Assembly: GCA_963847705.1 (NCBI GenBank)
Contig: CAWKBC010000035.1
Coordinates: 49,366 to 113,365 of the forward strand
Reading direction: 5' to 3'
DNA: 64,000 bases
Origin: an uncultured Pseudomonadota bacterium
GTDB lineage: Bacteria; Myxococcota_A; Polyangia; Fen-1088
The notes beneath the pieces are model-generated. The model saw only the letters and a program-made list of their open reading frames with translations. It was not told where the DNA came from and ran no database searches. Below, in pieces: positions 46,054-56,336 of this stretch; the first letter of the stretch is position 1, and each line of letters opens with the position of its first letter. The translations under genes were made by a program, and so were the position numbers.

Positions 46054-48225
46054 CTAACGCGGCGCCGGCGCCTTGTCGAGCTGTCGCGCAGGGCTACCTG
46101 GCGGAGGCAGGGCCTCGGTTGGCGCCGCCTGCAGCGGCATCACGAATGAGAGCGCCTGCGTCTTGTCATAGCGGACGATCGCCCGCGCCGGGTGAAAGCC
46201 CGGCAGCGTCGCCTCGATGACGTGGTCGAGGAGATCGCGCCGGACCAGGACCGTGGTCGGCGAGGATCCTGGCAGGTTGACCCCGTCGAGGCGCAGGCTG
46301 GCCCCGTTCGGATCGGTGGCGATCGACAGCCCGGCAGGGTTGCGCCAAACGAGCAGCACGTCGAGCGGCACGACCCAGTGGTGCACGGCCGCGGCGCCGC
46401 CTGCGACGATCACCAGCAGGAACAGCAGCGCCCTCCCCCAGCGCCTTCGCGGGCGGAGCTGCTGGACCCGCGCCGTCTCCCGCTGCGGGCGTCCCGGCGC
46501 GAAGGCCGGCAGCGGGGCCGGCATGCCGAACGACGCCGACTGCGTGCGCCTCATCTGGACGCCGGGCTGCCCGGTCGTTGCCACCCGACCGGACCCACCC
46601 GTGGCCGGCCCCTGCGGCGCCGCCGCGTACTGACCCGACGGTGGCCTCTGTGGCGCCGTCGCGTACTGACCCGACGGTGGCCTCTGTGGCGCCGCCGCAT
46701 ACTGACCCGACGGTGGCCTCTGTGGCGCCGCCGGGTACTGACCCGACGGTGGCCTCTGCGGCGCCGCCGCGTACTGACCCGACGGTGGCCTCTGCGGCGC
46801 CGCCGCGTACTGACCCGACGGTGGCCTCTGTGGCGCCGCCGCGTACTGACCCGACGGTGGCCTCTGCGGCGCCGCCGCTGGGTACTGACCCGACGGCGGC
46901 CTCTGCGGCGCCGCCGGGTACTGACCCGACGGTGGCCTCTGCGGCGCCTGACCGCGCGCGGTCCACGGGGTGTTCGACGGCGGGTTGGTCGGCTTGCGGC
47001 CACGAGCATCGGTGGCCGAGGTCGGTGGGGAGGGCGTGGCGGCGCGCGGCCGCAAAGGGGGCAGCGGTGCCGCGGGCGGCGGCGTGGCGTCCGGATCGAC
47101 GGGCGCGGGCGAGCGCGGCGCGGGGGCAGAGGCCCCGCGGGCCGGCGCCGGTGTCATTTTTCGTGGGGTGGTGGCCCGCGGTGTGGCCGGCTCTTCGCGC
47201 GGCGGCAGGCCGATGGGCGCGGGGGTGGGGGGCGCGGCGAACGCTTCGCGCAGCGCCCGCTCCTCGGGGCCGAGGCGAATCACCTTCGACCGCTCCATCA
47301 TCAGGCTGCGCGGGCGCCGGGGCGGTTTGACGACGCCCAGGAGGGCGCCGAGGTCGCTCGCACCGACGGGGACATTCATCTCCGTCAGCGCCTGGCGGAT
47401 CGCGTTTCCGAACGCGCTCGCGTCCGGGAAGCGTTGCTTGGGATCGGCGGCCAGCGCGCGATCGAGCAGCCGCTCGATCGTCGGCGGCAGGTCAGGGCGC
47501 AGCGTCCGCACCGAGGGGACAGCGCCCGAAGCGACGTGGCTCCAGCCTGCCACTTCGTCGGTGATCTCGCGCAGGCGCCGCCCTGTGAGCAGCTCGAACA
47601 GGACGGCGCCGAGCGAGAAGATGTCCGTCCGCCGATCGAGCGACGACTGCATCGCCTGCTCGGGCGACATGTACGAAAGGTTTCCCTTGAGGCTCCCCAC
47701 CACCGAGCGATCGTGACGACGCTTGGCCAGTCCAAAGTCCGAGAGCTTGACCTCGCCGGCCATCGAGATGAGGACGTTCGATGGCGTCACGTCGCGATGA
47801 ATGAGCCCCAGCGGTTGCCCGTCGTCGCCTTTCAGCTCGTGCGCGAAATGCAGCCCCTGCGCCAGCTCGGAGGCGATGTGCAGCGACAGGACCTCGGGGA
47901 TGATCTCCCCCTCGGCCGCGAGCTGCTCGGTGATCATCCGCAGGTCGTAGCCTTCGACGTACTCGAGGACGATGAAGTACTGCCCGTCCTCCGAGATTCC
48001 CAGATCGTGAATCTGGACGATGTTTCGGTGCGAGAGCGCCGAATGGATGCGCGCCTCGGTCAGCAGCATCTTGACGAAGCGCTCGTCCTCCGCGAGGTCC
48101 GGGAGAATCCGCTTGATGGCGACGAGCTTCTCGAATCCCTCGGCGGCGACGACGCGCCCTTTGAATACCTCGGCCATGCCCCCCACGGCGATCAGCTCGA
48201 GGAGCTCGTACTGGCCGAACTTCAT
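46054..48225 (-). CDS. Membrane Ser/Thr kinase with repeat linker and PEGA-like C-terminus
   Basis: GGMAEVF, HRDVTPSNVL, DFGLAK; TM; IATDPNGASLRLDG. Confidence 0.95.
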   Translation of the reverse strand: MKFGQYELLELIAVGGMAEVFKGRVVAAEGFEKLVAIKRILPDLAEDERFVKMLLTEARIHSALSHRNIVQIHDLGISEDGQYFIVLEYVEGYDLRMITEQLAAEGEIIPEVLSLHIASELAQGLHFAHELKGDDGQPLGLIHRDVTPSNVLISMAGEVKLSDFGLAKRRHDRSVVGSLKGNLSYMSPEQAMQSSLDRRTDIFSLGAVLFELLTGRRLREITDEVAGWSHVASGAVPSVRTLRPDLPPTIERLLDRALAADPKQRFPDASAFGNAIRQALTEMNVPVGASDLGALLGVVKPPRRPRSLMMERSKVIRLGPEERALREAFAAPPTPAPIGLPPREEPATPRATTPRKMTPAPARGASAPAPRSPAPVDPDATPPPAAPLPPLRPRAATPSPPTSATDARGRKPTNPPSNTPWTARGQAPQRPPSGQYPAAPQRPPSGQYPAAAPQRPPSGQYAAAPQRPPSGQYAAAPQRPPSGQYAAAPQRPPSGQYPAAPQRPPSGQYAAAPQRPPSGQYATAPQRPPSGQYAAAPQGPATGGSGRVATTGQPGVQMRRTQSASFGMPAPLPAFAPGRPQRETARVQQLRPRRRWGRALLFLLVIVAGGAAAVHHWVVPLDVLLVWRNPAGLSIATDPNGASLRLDGVNLPGSSPTTVLVRRDLLDHVIEATLPGFHPARAIVRYDKTQALSFVMPLQAAPTEALPPPGSPARQLDKAPAPR
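46612..46948 (-). repeat. Coding tandem repeat, 36-bp unit x9 (APQRPPSGQYAA)
   Basis: TACTGACCCGACGG recurs 9 times at 36-nt period (once 39). Confidence 0.95.
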
Positions 48226-48301
48226 GCGGCAAACTTCATACGAAGTTCGCCAGGCTAAACCGGAACCCCGCCGCGGGTCTAGCCCGCGCCGTCGATCATG
48301 T

Positions 48302-48408
48302 CGGGACCCTCAAAGGGTCCCGCTCCCCCCTCGATGAGCTCGACCTGCCAAAGCCGTCCTCCCCCCGCGATGAGCTCGACCCGGCAAAGCCGTCTCCCCT
48401 GACGGGAT
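48302..48408 (+). repeat. Dispersed palindromic (REP-like) element with internal duplication
   Basis: CGGGACCCT-CAA-AGGGTCCCG followed by two CCCCC.CGATGAGCTCGACC..CAAAGCCGTC units. Confidence 0.8.
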
Positions 48409-48453
48409 CCCATCGGAGCCCATCGGGACCACGCGAGGCCCCGGCCCCGGGGC

Positions 48454-48810
48454 CTACTCGTCTTCGGGGACCTGTACCAGGCCGGCGCTGGGGCGCGGCA
48501 GTGGCTCGCGCTCCGCGTCGAGGGGGTTCGCCCCATCGATGTCGTGCGCGAACTCATCCGCGGCGCTGGTGAAGACGAACGGACCGCCAATCTCTTCACT
48601 CACCGCCGCGTCTTCGGCGCCGTCACCGCCCGTGACCGCGTCCACGAACTCTTCCGCGAGGTTTTCGGCCAGATCGTCCCCGATGTGCGCGGGGCCGCCC
48701 TCCGGATCGGGCATGAACGCGTTCGCGTCGTCGGAGCGTGGACGGGCGAACACGGCCGACCGCTTGCGCGGTGCGGAGGCTCGTCCGTTCGTTGTCGTTG
48801 CCTTCTGCAT
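48454..48810 (-). CDS. Small acidic hypothetical protein
   Basis: NAFMPDP..DDLAENLAEEFV..EEIGGPFV; genome-like codon usage. Confidence 0.65.
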   Translation of the reverse strand: MQKATTTNGRASAPRKRSAVFARPRSDDANAFMPDPEGGPAHIGDDLAENLAEEFVDAVTGGDGAEDAAVSEEIGGPFVFTSAADEFAHDIDGANPLDAEREPLPRPSAGLVQVPEDE

Positions 48811-48857
48811 CCCTCGCCAACGTAATCATGATCCGCACACGGTATAGTCGCTCGCGC

Positions 48858-50039
48858 TTGAAGCTCAGGTTCGAGGCGGTCTCTCGGATGTGCTTGGCGG
48901 CGGTCGAAGAGGGCGCCGCCCCGGGCCTCGTCGTGCTGGTGGCCGCCCAAGGTCAGACCCTGTTTCACGAGGCGTTTGGCGCCCGCCAGCTGATCCCACG
49001 CCGGCTCCCCGCGCTCTCCGACACGATGTACGACGTCGCCTCCCTGACGAAGGCGGTGGCGACCAGCCTCCTGGCGATGCAGGAGATTGGCGCCGGTCGC
49101 CTGGCGCTCGACACCAAGGTGGCCTCGCTCCTCCCCGAGCTTTCCGGCCGAACAGGAGGGGCCCCCCCCCACGACGGGTCCGGCCCCGAGCGCGCCGCCC
49201 CCGAGCATGGCGTCTCCGACCCCGCGCGGGACCAGATCACCGTTCGGCAACTGCTCAGCCATTCGTCCGGGCTGCCGGCGCACCGCCCGTTCTGGAAGCT
49301 GGCCGCCCAGTCACCGGCGGAGCGGCTGGCGATCGCGCAGCTGGCCGCCCGAGAGCCGTTCGCTTATCCGCCCGGCACGCGTGCGGTCTATTCCGATCTG
49401 GGCTTCATCCTGCTTGGCTGGCTGCTGGAGCGGCTGACCGGCGCGCGGCTCGACGTGCTGTTTCAGGAGCGGATTGCCCGGCCGCTCGGCCTGGCCGCCA
49501 CCACGTTCGTCAATCTGGCCGACTCCGAGGCGCGGGCGCGGCTGCTGGGCGATCGCACCGTGGCGGCGACGCAGCTTTCCGCCGAGCGCCACCGCCTCGT
49601 GCTGGGCGAAGTCGACGACCTGAACGCCTTCGCCATGGGCGGGATCGCGGGCCATGCCGGCCTCTTCAGCACGGCCGGCGACCTGGCCGCGATCGCCACG
49701 GCGCTGCTCGCCTCCTTCCGTGGCGACGGCGCCCTGGTTGCGCGCGACGTCATCCGACAGTTCTGGTCACCGTCGGGCGTCCCGGGATCGACCTGGCGGC
49801 TCGGCTGGGACGGTCCGGCAGAGTCGGGATCGCAGGCGGGCGAAAGACTGTCGCGCGCGTCGGTCGGGCACCTGGCCTTCACCGGCTGCTCGCTCTGGAT
49901 CGATCCCCTGCACGAGGTCGTCGTGGTTCTGCTGTCGAACCGGGTCCATCCGGCCGTCCCGACCGACGATCGGTTCCGGCGCTTGCGGCCCGCTCTCCAC
50001 GACGCCGCTCTCTCCGCCCTCGGTTATGATGGACGCTGA
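48858..50039 (+). CDS. Serine hydrolase, beta-lactamase class C-like
   Basis: SLTK (SxxK), LLSHSSG, YSD, AGHAGLFS; start uncertain. Confidence 0.9.
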   Translation: MKLRFEAVSRMCLAAVEEGAAPGLVVLVAAQGQTLFHEAFGARQLIPRRLPALSDTMYDVASLTKAVATSLLAMQEIGAGRLALDTKVASLLPELSGRTGGAPPHDGSGPERAAPEHGVSDPARDQITVRQLLSHSSGLPAHRPFWKLAAQSPAERLAIAQLAAREPFAYPPGTRAVYSDLGFILLGWLLERLTGARLDVLFQERIARPLGLAATTFVNLADSEARARLLGDRTVAATQLSAERHRLVLGEVDDLNAFAMGGIAGHAGLFSTAGDLAAIATALLASFRGDGALVARDVIRQFWSPSGVPGSTWRLGWDGPAESGSQAGERLSRASVGHLAFTGCSLWIDPLHEVVVVLLSNRVHPAVPTDDRFRRLRPALHDAALSALGYDGR

Positions 50040-50381
50040 GTGAGCCTGCGCGCCCCCATTGCCGTTCCGGTCGAAATTCGCGCGGACGCCCGCGCCGATG
50101 CGCGTCGGGTGTTCCGCCTGACCTGGAACATCGGTGAGGATGGCGTGCGGCTCTGCAGCGGGCTTCCGTTCGAGCTCGGACGGCTGGTTGAAGTACGCCT
50201 CTTGCTGCCCGGCGGTGAGGCGCTGGCGCTGAGGGCGCACATCACGGCCGGCAACTGCGACCGCGATCGAGCGGACCCCGCCGCTGACGACGCAGGAGAG
50301 CTCAGCTTCGTCGATCCGCCGGGTGAGGCGCGGGTGGCGCTGCGGCGCTACGTGATCGAAAGGTTGGAGCTTCCGGCATGA
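50040..50381 (+). CDS. PilZ-like domain protein
   Basis: R.PIAVPV..NIGEDGV..V.LLLPG..F. Confidence 0.6.
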   Translation: MSLRAPIAVPVEIRADARADARRVFRLTWNIGEDGVRLCSGLPFELGRLVEVRLLLPGGEALALRAHITAGNCDRDRADPAADDAGELSFVDPPGEARVALRRYVIERLELPA

Positions 50382-51933
50382 GTGACGCCGGCAAGCCGGA
50401 TCGTTTCGCCGCGCTCACCGCGCTGGAGAAGCAGGCGGGGGAGGCGGGCGGCGCCGCGCGCGTCGCGCGCCAGCACCAGGCCGGCAAGCTGACCGCGCGC
50501 GAGCGGGTGGCGCTGTTCTGCGATCCCGACAGCTTCGTCGAGCTCGACAAGCTGGTCACCCACCGGTCGACCGACTTCGGCCTGGGCGACAACAAGATCC
50601 TGGGCGACGGCGTGATCACCGGCTACGGGACCGTTCACGGCCGCACGGTCTTCCTGTTCGCGCAGGACTTCACCGTGTTCGGCGGCTCGCTGGCCGAGGC
50701 GCACGCGGGCAAGATCTGCAAGGTCATGGATTTGGCCATGAAGGCGGGCGCGCCCATCGTCGGGCTCAACGATTCGGGCGGCGCGCGCATTCAAGAGGGG
50801 GTGGTCTCGCTGGCCGGCTACGCCGACATCTTCCTGCGCAACACGCTGGCGTCGGGGTTGGTGCCGCAGCTCTCCGGGGTGCTCGGCCCCTGCGCGGGGG
50901 GCGCGGTCTACTCGCCCGCCATCACCGACTTCGTCTTCATGGTCGAGTCGACCAGCCACATGTTCATCACCGGCCCGGAGGTGATTCGCGCCGTCACCCA
51001 CGAGACCGTCACCAAGGAAGAGCTGGGGGGCGCCGCGGCGCACGTCCGCTCGGGCGTCGCCCACCGCGCTTTCCCCGACGAGCCGTCGTTGCTCGAAGCG
51101 CTGCGGACGCTGCTCTCGTTCCTGCCCCAGAACAACCGCGAGGATCCCCCCGCCTGCCGACGCGCGACCGCGCCGACCGCGCCGACCCGCAGCTCGACGA
51201 GCTGATCCCCCAAGAGCCGGCCAAGCCGTACGACATGCACGCGCTCATGGAGCGGATCGTCGACGACGGACAGCTGTTCGAGATCCAGCCCGAGCACGCC
51301 CGCAACATCATCGTCGCGTTCGCGCGGCTGGACGGGCGGCCGGTGGGCCTGGTCGCCAACCAGCCGGCGCATCTGGCCGGCTGCCTGGACATCGACGCCT
51401 CGGTGAAGGCGGCGCGCTTCGTCCGGTTTTGCGATTGCTTCAACATTCCGCTGGTGACCTTCGTCGACGTCCCCGGGTTCCTGCCGGGGACGGCGCAGGA
51501 GTGGGGCGGCATCATCCGCCACGGCGCCAAGCTGCTCTATGCGTTCGCCGAGGCGACCGTCCCCAAGCTGACCGTCATCACCCGCAAGGCCTACGGCGGC
51601 GCCTACGACGTCATGTCGTCGAAGCACATCCGCGGCGACCTTTCGTTCGCCTATCCAACTGCTGAGATCGCCGTGATGGGTCCGGAGGGGGCGGTCAACA
51701 TCGTGTTCCGCGACGAGCTGGCCAAGGCCGCCGATCCCGAGGCCGCGCGCGCCCGCTACGTCAGCGAGTACCGCGAGAAGCTGGCCAACCCTTACACGGC
51801 CGCGTCGCTGGGCTACGTCGACGAGGTGATCCGCCCGCGCGAGACCCGCGGCAGACTCTGCCGTGCGCTCGGCGTGCTGGCCAACAAGCGCGACACCAAC
51901 CCCCCCAAGAAGCACGGAAACATTCCGCTATGA
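50378..51933 (+). CDS. pccB: Acyl-CoA carboxylase carboxyltransferase (beta) subunit, frameshifted at a C6 run (51146-51151)
   Basis: [10 protein letters not shown] and GPCAGGAVY in one frame; [23 protein letters not shown] in another; one extra C rejoins them. Confidence 0.92.
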
Positions 51934-53936
51934 GAAGGGGTGAGATCATCAAGATGGGAACCCTCGAAGGGTTCCCAAACCCTCCCGCGAGGAGGTCACG
52001 CCGGCGAAGCCGTCGCGCCCTCACGCGATCGATGGGAACCCTCGAAGGGTTCCCACACCCTCCCGCGAAGAGGTCACGCCGGCGAGGCCGTCGCGCCCTC
52101 ACGCGATCGATGGCCTCCGTTCTCCTTTCGTTCGGACGATCGATGGCCTCCGTTCTCCTTTCGTTCGGACGATCGATGGCAGTGGTCGGAGCGCTGGCGG
52201 GGCTGGGGGGCGGGTGCGCGACGGCGCCGCAGCCGATCACCAGGATCGTGAACGGGCGGCTGGTGGTGACGCGCGCGGTGAGCCCCGAGGCTTACGAGCA
52301 CGTGACCCGCGCCTACCTCTATGAAGAGGAGGAGCGCTGGCAGGAGGCGGCCGACGAGTTCCAGCGCGTGCTGCCGTTCGATCCCGACGCCGCCGAGGTG
52401 CGGGCCGAGCTGGCGGAGCTGTTCATCCGGCTCGGCCGCCGCGACGACGCGGCCGACGAGGTCGCGCGTTCGCTTGCCATCGCCCCGACGGTGGTCGGTT
52501 ACCTGGCCCAGGCGCACCTGGCGGAGGCGCGTTCGGAGACGACCCAGCAACCCGCCAGCGACCCGATTCCGTCGCTGGAGCAGGCGGCGCGCCTGGCGCT
52601 CGCGGACGCGGACGCGGAGCAGATCGAGACGACCAACCTCGAGCTCGCCGACGTTCAGATCGGGACGCTCGACCTTCCCGCGGCCCTGGAGACGGTCCGA
52701 CGGTTGGTGCAGGCGGCGCCCGAGACCCAGCGCGGGCGGGTGCAGCTGGCAGCCCTGGCCTGGACCATGGACGCGCGCAACGAGGCGAGCGCCGCGCTGA
52801 CGGCCGCGCTCGACGACGAGCCGGCCGACGTCGAGGCCCGCGTCCTCCTGGCCGAGCTGCAGGTCGCCGGCGGTCACGACAAGGAGGCGAAGACGAGCTT
52901 CGTCGAGGCGATCGATCGCGCCGACGCGCCGCTGGAGATCGCCTTGGCTTTCTCCGGCTGGCTGGTCCTGCGCGGCGAGGTCAGCGAAGCGCAGGAGCTG
53001 GCGGATCGCTTGAACGCCGACGTCCCCGACGTCGACACGCTGGAGCAGGCGGCCGCGCTCGAGCGGACGGTCAAGCGGCCCGAGCGGGCGCTGGCGCTGG
53101 CCGAGCGCGCGCGCAAGATGGGCGCCTCGGCGGGGCGGGTGGCGATCATGACCGGCGCGGCGCTGTCGGCGAAGGACGATCAGGCCGGCGCGATCAAGAG
53201 CTTCCAGACCGTCACCAAGGGTGACCCGCTCTACTTCGAGGCCAACCTGCGGATCGCCGAGCTGCAGCGCGACAGGGGGAAGCTGGACGACGCCGACAGG
53301 GCGCTCGAGGCGGCCGCCAGCGCGAGCGCCGACGGGCCGCACAAGGTCGAGCTGGCCCTGGCACGCAGCCAGCTGGAGGAGAAGCGAGGCGACTCTGCGC
53401 GCGCCGCCCGCATCCTCGACGACACCCTGGCGGAGACGGGCAACGTGGGTCAACTCGGCACACGTCTGGTCCTCGAGCGGGCGGCGGTCGACGATCGGCG
53501 CGGCGACTGGCAACGCGCCTTGACCCGCGCCGAGGAGATCCTGGTGCGCGAGCCCCGCAACGTCGAGGCGCTGAACTTCGCCGGCTTCCTGGCGGCCGAC
53601 CACGGCCAGGATCTTCCGCGTGCGGTGAGGCGGCTGCAGGCGGCGGTGGCCCTCTCGCCCGGCGCAGGTGGGATCGTCGACAGCCTCGGATGGGCCTACT
53701 TCCGCTCCGGCGATCTGGCGCGCGCCGACAGCTTCCTCGAGCAGGCCGGCCGCCTGGAGCCCGCCGATCCGGAGATCCTCGGCCACCTCGGCGATCTGTA
53801 CGCCAAGCGCCAGGAGCGGGACCGGGCGCTCATGACCTACAAGCGCGCGCTCTCACTGTCGCCCAGCGATCGGGTGGCCCGCGAGCTGGGCGAGCGGATC
53901 CGGACCCTCGACGCCAAGAGCGCCGCAGGCAGATGA
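51930..53936 (+). CDS. TPR-repeat lipoprotein
   Basis: GGGC lipobox-like site, multiple TPRs, ALNFAGF..DSLGWAY; start may be 51930, 52110 or 52176. Confidence 0.85.
   Translation: MRRGEIIKMGTLEGFPNPPARRSRRRSRRALTRSMGTLEGFPHPPAKRSRRRGRRALTRSMASVLLSFGRSMASVLLSFGRSMAVVGALAGLGGGCATAPQPITRIVNGRLVVTRAVSPEAYEHVTRAYLYEEEERWQEAADEFQRVLPFDPDAAEVRAELAELFIRLGRRDDAADEVARSLAIAPTVVGYLAQAHLAEARSETTQQPASDPIPSLEQAARLALADADAEQIETTNLELADVQIGTLDLPAALETVRRLVQAAPETQRGRVQLAALAWTMDARNEASAALTAALDDEPADVEARVLLAELQVAGGHDKEAKTSFVEAIDRADAPLEIALAFSGWLVLRGEVSEAQELADRLNADVPDVDTLEQAAALERTVKRPERALALAERARKMGASAGRVAIMTGAALSAKDDQAGAIKSFQTVTKGDPLYFEANLRIAELQRDRGKLDDADRALEAAASASADGPHKVELALARSQLEEKRGDSARAARILDDTLAETGNVGQLGTRLVLERAAVDDRRGDWQRALTRAEEILVREPRNVEALNFAGFLAADHGQDLPRAVRRLQAAVALSPGAGGIVDSLGWAYFRSGDLARADSFLEQAGRLEPADPEILGHLGDLYAKRQERDRALMTYKRALSLSPSDRVARELGERIRTLDAKSAAGR
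51954..52175 (+). repeat. Two 78-bp REP-like elements followed by two 33-bp tandem units
   Basis: ATGGGAACCCTCGAAGGGTTCCCA..CACGCGATCG x2 (51954-52109); ATGGCCTCCGTTCTCCTTTCGTTCGGACGATCG x2 (52110-52175). Confidence 0.92.
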
Positions 53937-54775
53937 GCGTCCGCGGGGAGGTGAGAATTCGGTTCGCGCGCTCGGCGCTCGCGCTCGGCCTCCTGGTCGC
54001 CGGCTGCGTGCACGCGCCGCCGGTCGCGCGCCCCTATCCCGCGCCCACGCCCGAAGCTCTGACCGCGGCCCTGGCGGCCCGGCAGCAAGCCGTGGCCAGG
54101 ATGAGCGCGCGGGTGCGCGCCACCAGCTGGCTCGGAGGTGAACGGGTGCGCGCGACGGTCAACATGCTGGTCGAGCGCGACGGCCACCTGCGCTTCGAGG
54201 CCGAGGTGAGCTTGCAGGGAACCGTCGCCACGCTGGCCACCGACGGCGCGACGTTCGCGCTCCTCGACGCGCGCAAGAACGAGCTGTCGCGCGGGCCAGC
54301 CTGCCCGGCCAACGTCGCCTCGTTGATCCGCATTCCGCTCGCGCCGGCCGAGGTGGCGGCGATCCTGCTCGGCGATGCCCGGCTGCCCGACGCCGTCGGC
54401 GTCAACGGCCCTTCGTCCGTCGGATGGGAGCCTCATCTCGGCGCCGACGTGCTGGCGGTGCGGGATCGTGCCGGGGGCTCCCTGCAGCTGTTCTTCCGCG
54501 GCGAAGGGACCGGGCGCGAGCTGATCGCGGCCACGCGGGCGGGCGGCGACGGGGCGCCGGTCTGGCGGACGTCGTACCAGGATTTCGAGACGGTTGCGGG
54601 GCAGCGCCTCCCGCGCACGATCCGCTTCGCCGAACGCGGCGCCAGCTTCGACGACGGCGTCGAGATCCGCTTCAAGGACCGCGCGCTCGACGGAACCGCG
54701 CCGCCCGGCGCGTTCACGCTGACGCCGCCGCCCGGCGTGGCGGTGCGAGACGTCGGCTGCAGCGGCGGGCCCTGA
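53933..54775 (+). CDS. Lipoprotein, DUF4292/LolB-like
   Basis: Lipobox VAGC; beta-rich LRFE..LATDG..LP..IRF; follows the TPR gene. Confidence 0.65.
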   Translation: MSVRGEVRIRFARSALALGLLVAGCVHAPPVARPYPAPTPEALTAALAARQQAVARMSARVRATSWLGGERVRATVNMLVERDGHLRFEAEVSLQGTVATLATDGATFALLDARKNELSRGPACPANVASLIRIPLAPAEVAAILLGDARLPDAVGVNGPSSVGWEPHLGADVLAVRDRAGGSLQLFFRGEGTGRELIAATRAGGDGAPVWRTSYQDFETVAGQRLPRTIRFAERGASFDDGVEIRFKDRALDGTAPPGAFTLTPPPGVAVRDVGCSGGP

Positions 54776-54868
54776 TTTTTCGGCGCCCGCGTCGTACCCG
54801 AATCAGAATTCTGAGCTGCGCCCCACGGGTGGGATGCGCAGGCCGCCGTGGTTCCGCTGTCTTCGCGC

Positions 54869-54884
54869 TGGCCCGCTCCTTGCT
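54869..54884 (+). promoter_or_regulatory. Sigma54 -24/-12 promoter
   Basis: TGGCCCG-CTCC-TTGCT about 25 nt upstream of ATG 54910. Confidence 0.65.
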
Positions 54885-54909
54885 GTTTTCAGATCCGCGG
54901 AGGCCTTCG

Positions 54910-56232
54910 ATGAAACGAGCCCTATTTCTTGGTGCCCCTCTCCTGGCGCTGGTCGCTTGCCAGTCCCAATCCCTCCCGCCATCGTCGCCAAAAGCGACGT
55001 CGTCGGTGCTCCCGGCCTTGACCGTGAACGACGGCTGCTCGGCCTACACGACCTCGGCCGATTGCCAGAGCGCGCTCGGTAAGAATGGTTCTGGAATCGC
55101 GCTGTCCGGGATTGCCGTCTGCACCTGGACGCCGGTCGATGCCTGCCCGGCGGGCGCCTCCTGTCCCGCTGGCGTCTGCGTGGCCACCAACTCGTGCGCC
55201 AGCTTGACGAGCGCCTCCGCCTGTCAGGCCAACAGCGGCTGCGTCTGGTCGGCCATCGTGGCGACGACGGCCACCGCGGCGCTCTGTCCCGTCGGTCAGA
55301 GCTGTGACGGCGGCGGCTTCTGTTTCGAACGTGGGTCAGCCGTGAACGGCTGCTTCTGCGTACAACCGCTGGCCTGCCCGGCGAACGGCAGCTGCCCGCC
55401 GGTGCAGTGCGACTGCCCGCCGCCACAGGCGACCGACGGTGGGAGCGCGGGCGGCGGCGGAACCTGCACCTGCGACTGCCCGCCATGCCCGGCCGGCGAG
55501 GTCTGCCCGGTTTGTGGCTGCGCCTGCGGTGAGCCTGGCGGCGGCTGTGGCGGCGGCGGGACCGGCTCGACCGGAAGCGGCGGCGCGACGGGAAGCGGGG
55601 GTGTGACCGGAAGCGGCGGCGCGACCGGCACTGGCGGCGGACCCGGGACCTGTACCTGCAACTGCCCCGCGTGCCCCGCGGGCGAGGCCTGCCCAGCCTG
55701 CAGCTGCGCGTGCGGCAACGGCGCGACCACGACCACGACCACCCCCGCGTCGGGCACCGGCGGGACATCGGGGACGGTGAGCAACACCGGCAGCACCGGC
55801 TCGGCGCCCGGGGCCGTCTGCGGCTGTCCGGCCTGTCCGGCGGGCGCGGCTTGCGCGCCCTGCGGCTGCGGCACGACGCCGCCGGCCGATCCTTGCGCCG
55901 CGCACACCGACGTCACCTCTTGCACCGCTGATACGACCGCTGCGTGCGGCTGGACCTCGCTCAACATCGAGTGCATCACCACGCCCTGCCCGACAGGGAC
56001 CTGTGCGCAAACGAAACCCGTCCCACCGGTGGACGGCGGGAGCGGCTCCGGAGGCGGTTGCGCTTGCGCCTGCCCGGCCTGTGCCCCGGGCCAGACCTGC
56101 CCGCCCTGTGCGTGCAACTGCTGTCCAACCCAGCCCACTGCGGGAACGCCGGTGACGCTGCAGCCCCAAACGGTCGGCGGCGTGGCGTCCGGCGCAGCGT
56201 CGCCCGGCGCCGCCGGATCAATCGGCTTGTAA
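54910..56232 (+). CDS. Very Cys-rich repeat lipoprotein
   Basis: MKRALF..LVAC lipobox; repeated CxCPxCPAGxxCPxCxC modules and GSGGATG linkers. Confidence 0.85.
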   Translation: MKRALFLGAPLLALVACQSQSLPPSSPKATSSVLPALTVNDGCSAYTTSADCQSALGKNGSGIALSGIAVCTWTPVDACPAGASCPAGVCVATNSCASLTSASACQANSGCVWSAIVATTATAALCPVGQSCDGGGFCFERGSAVNGCFCVQPLACPANGSCPPVQCDCPPPQATDGGSAGGGGTCTCDCPPCPAGEVCPVCGCACGEPGGGCGGGGTGSTGSGGATGSGGVTGSGGATGTGGGPGTCTCNCPACPAGEACPACSCACGNGATTTTTTPASGTGGTSGTVSNTGSTGSAPGAVCGCPACPAGAACAPCGCGTTPPADPCAAHTDVTSCTADTTAACGWTSLNIECITTPCPTGTCAQTKPVPPVDGGSGSGGGCACACPACAPGQTCPPCACNCCPTQPTAGTPVTLQPQTVGGVASGAASPGAAGSIGL

Positions 56233-56336
56233 TCGAGGCGAAATCGCCGACCGCGGCGCGCGCCGGCATTGACTCCTGCCGGCCCCGCTGGGAGACTGCG
56301 CGCCTTCCGTTTCATCCAGTCTTGAAGGAGTCTTTC

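Noticed and set aside
50378-51933. Two separate carboxyltransferase genes
   Set aside because: The halves are collinear parts of one PccB joined by a single-base indel
56233-56336. SAM riboswitch upstream of metK
   Set aside because: No SAM-I/II/SAM-SAH consensus recognised and the leader is short
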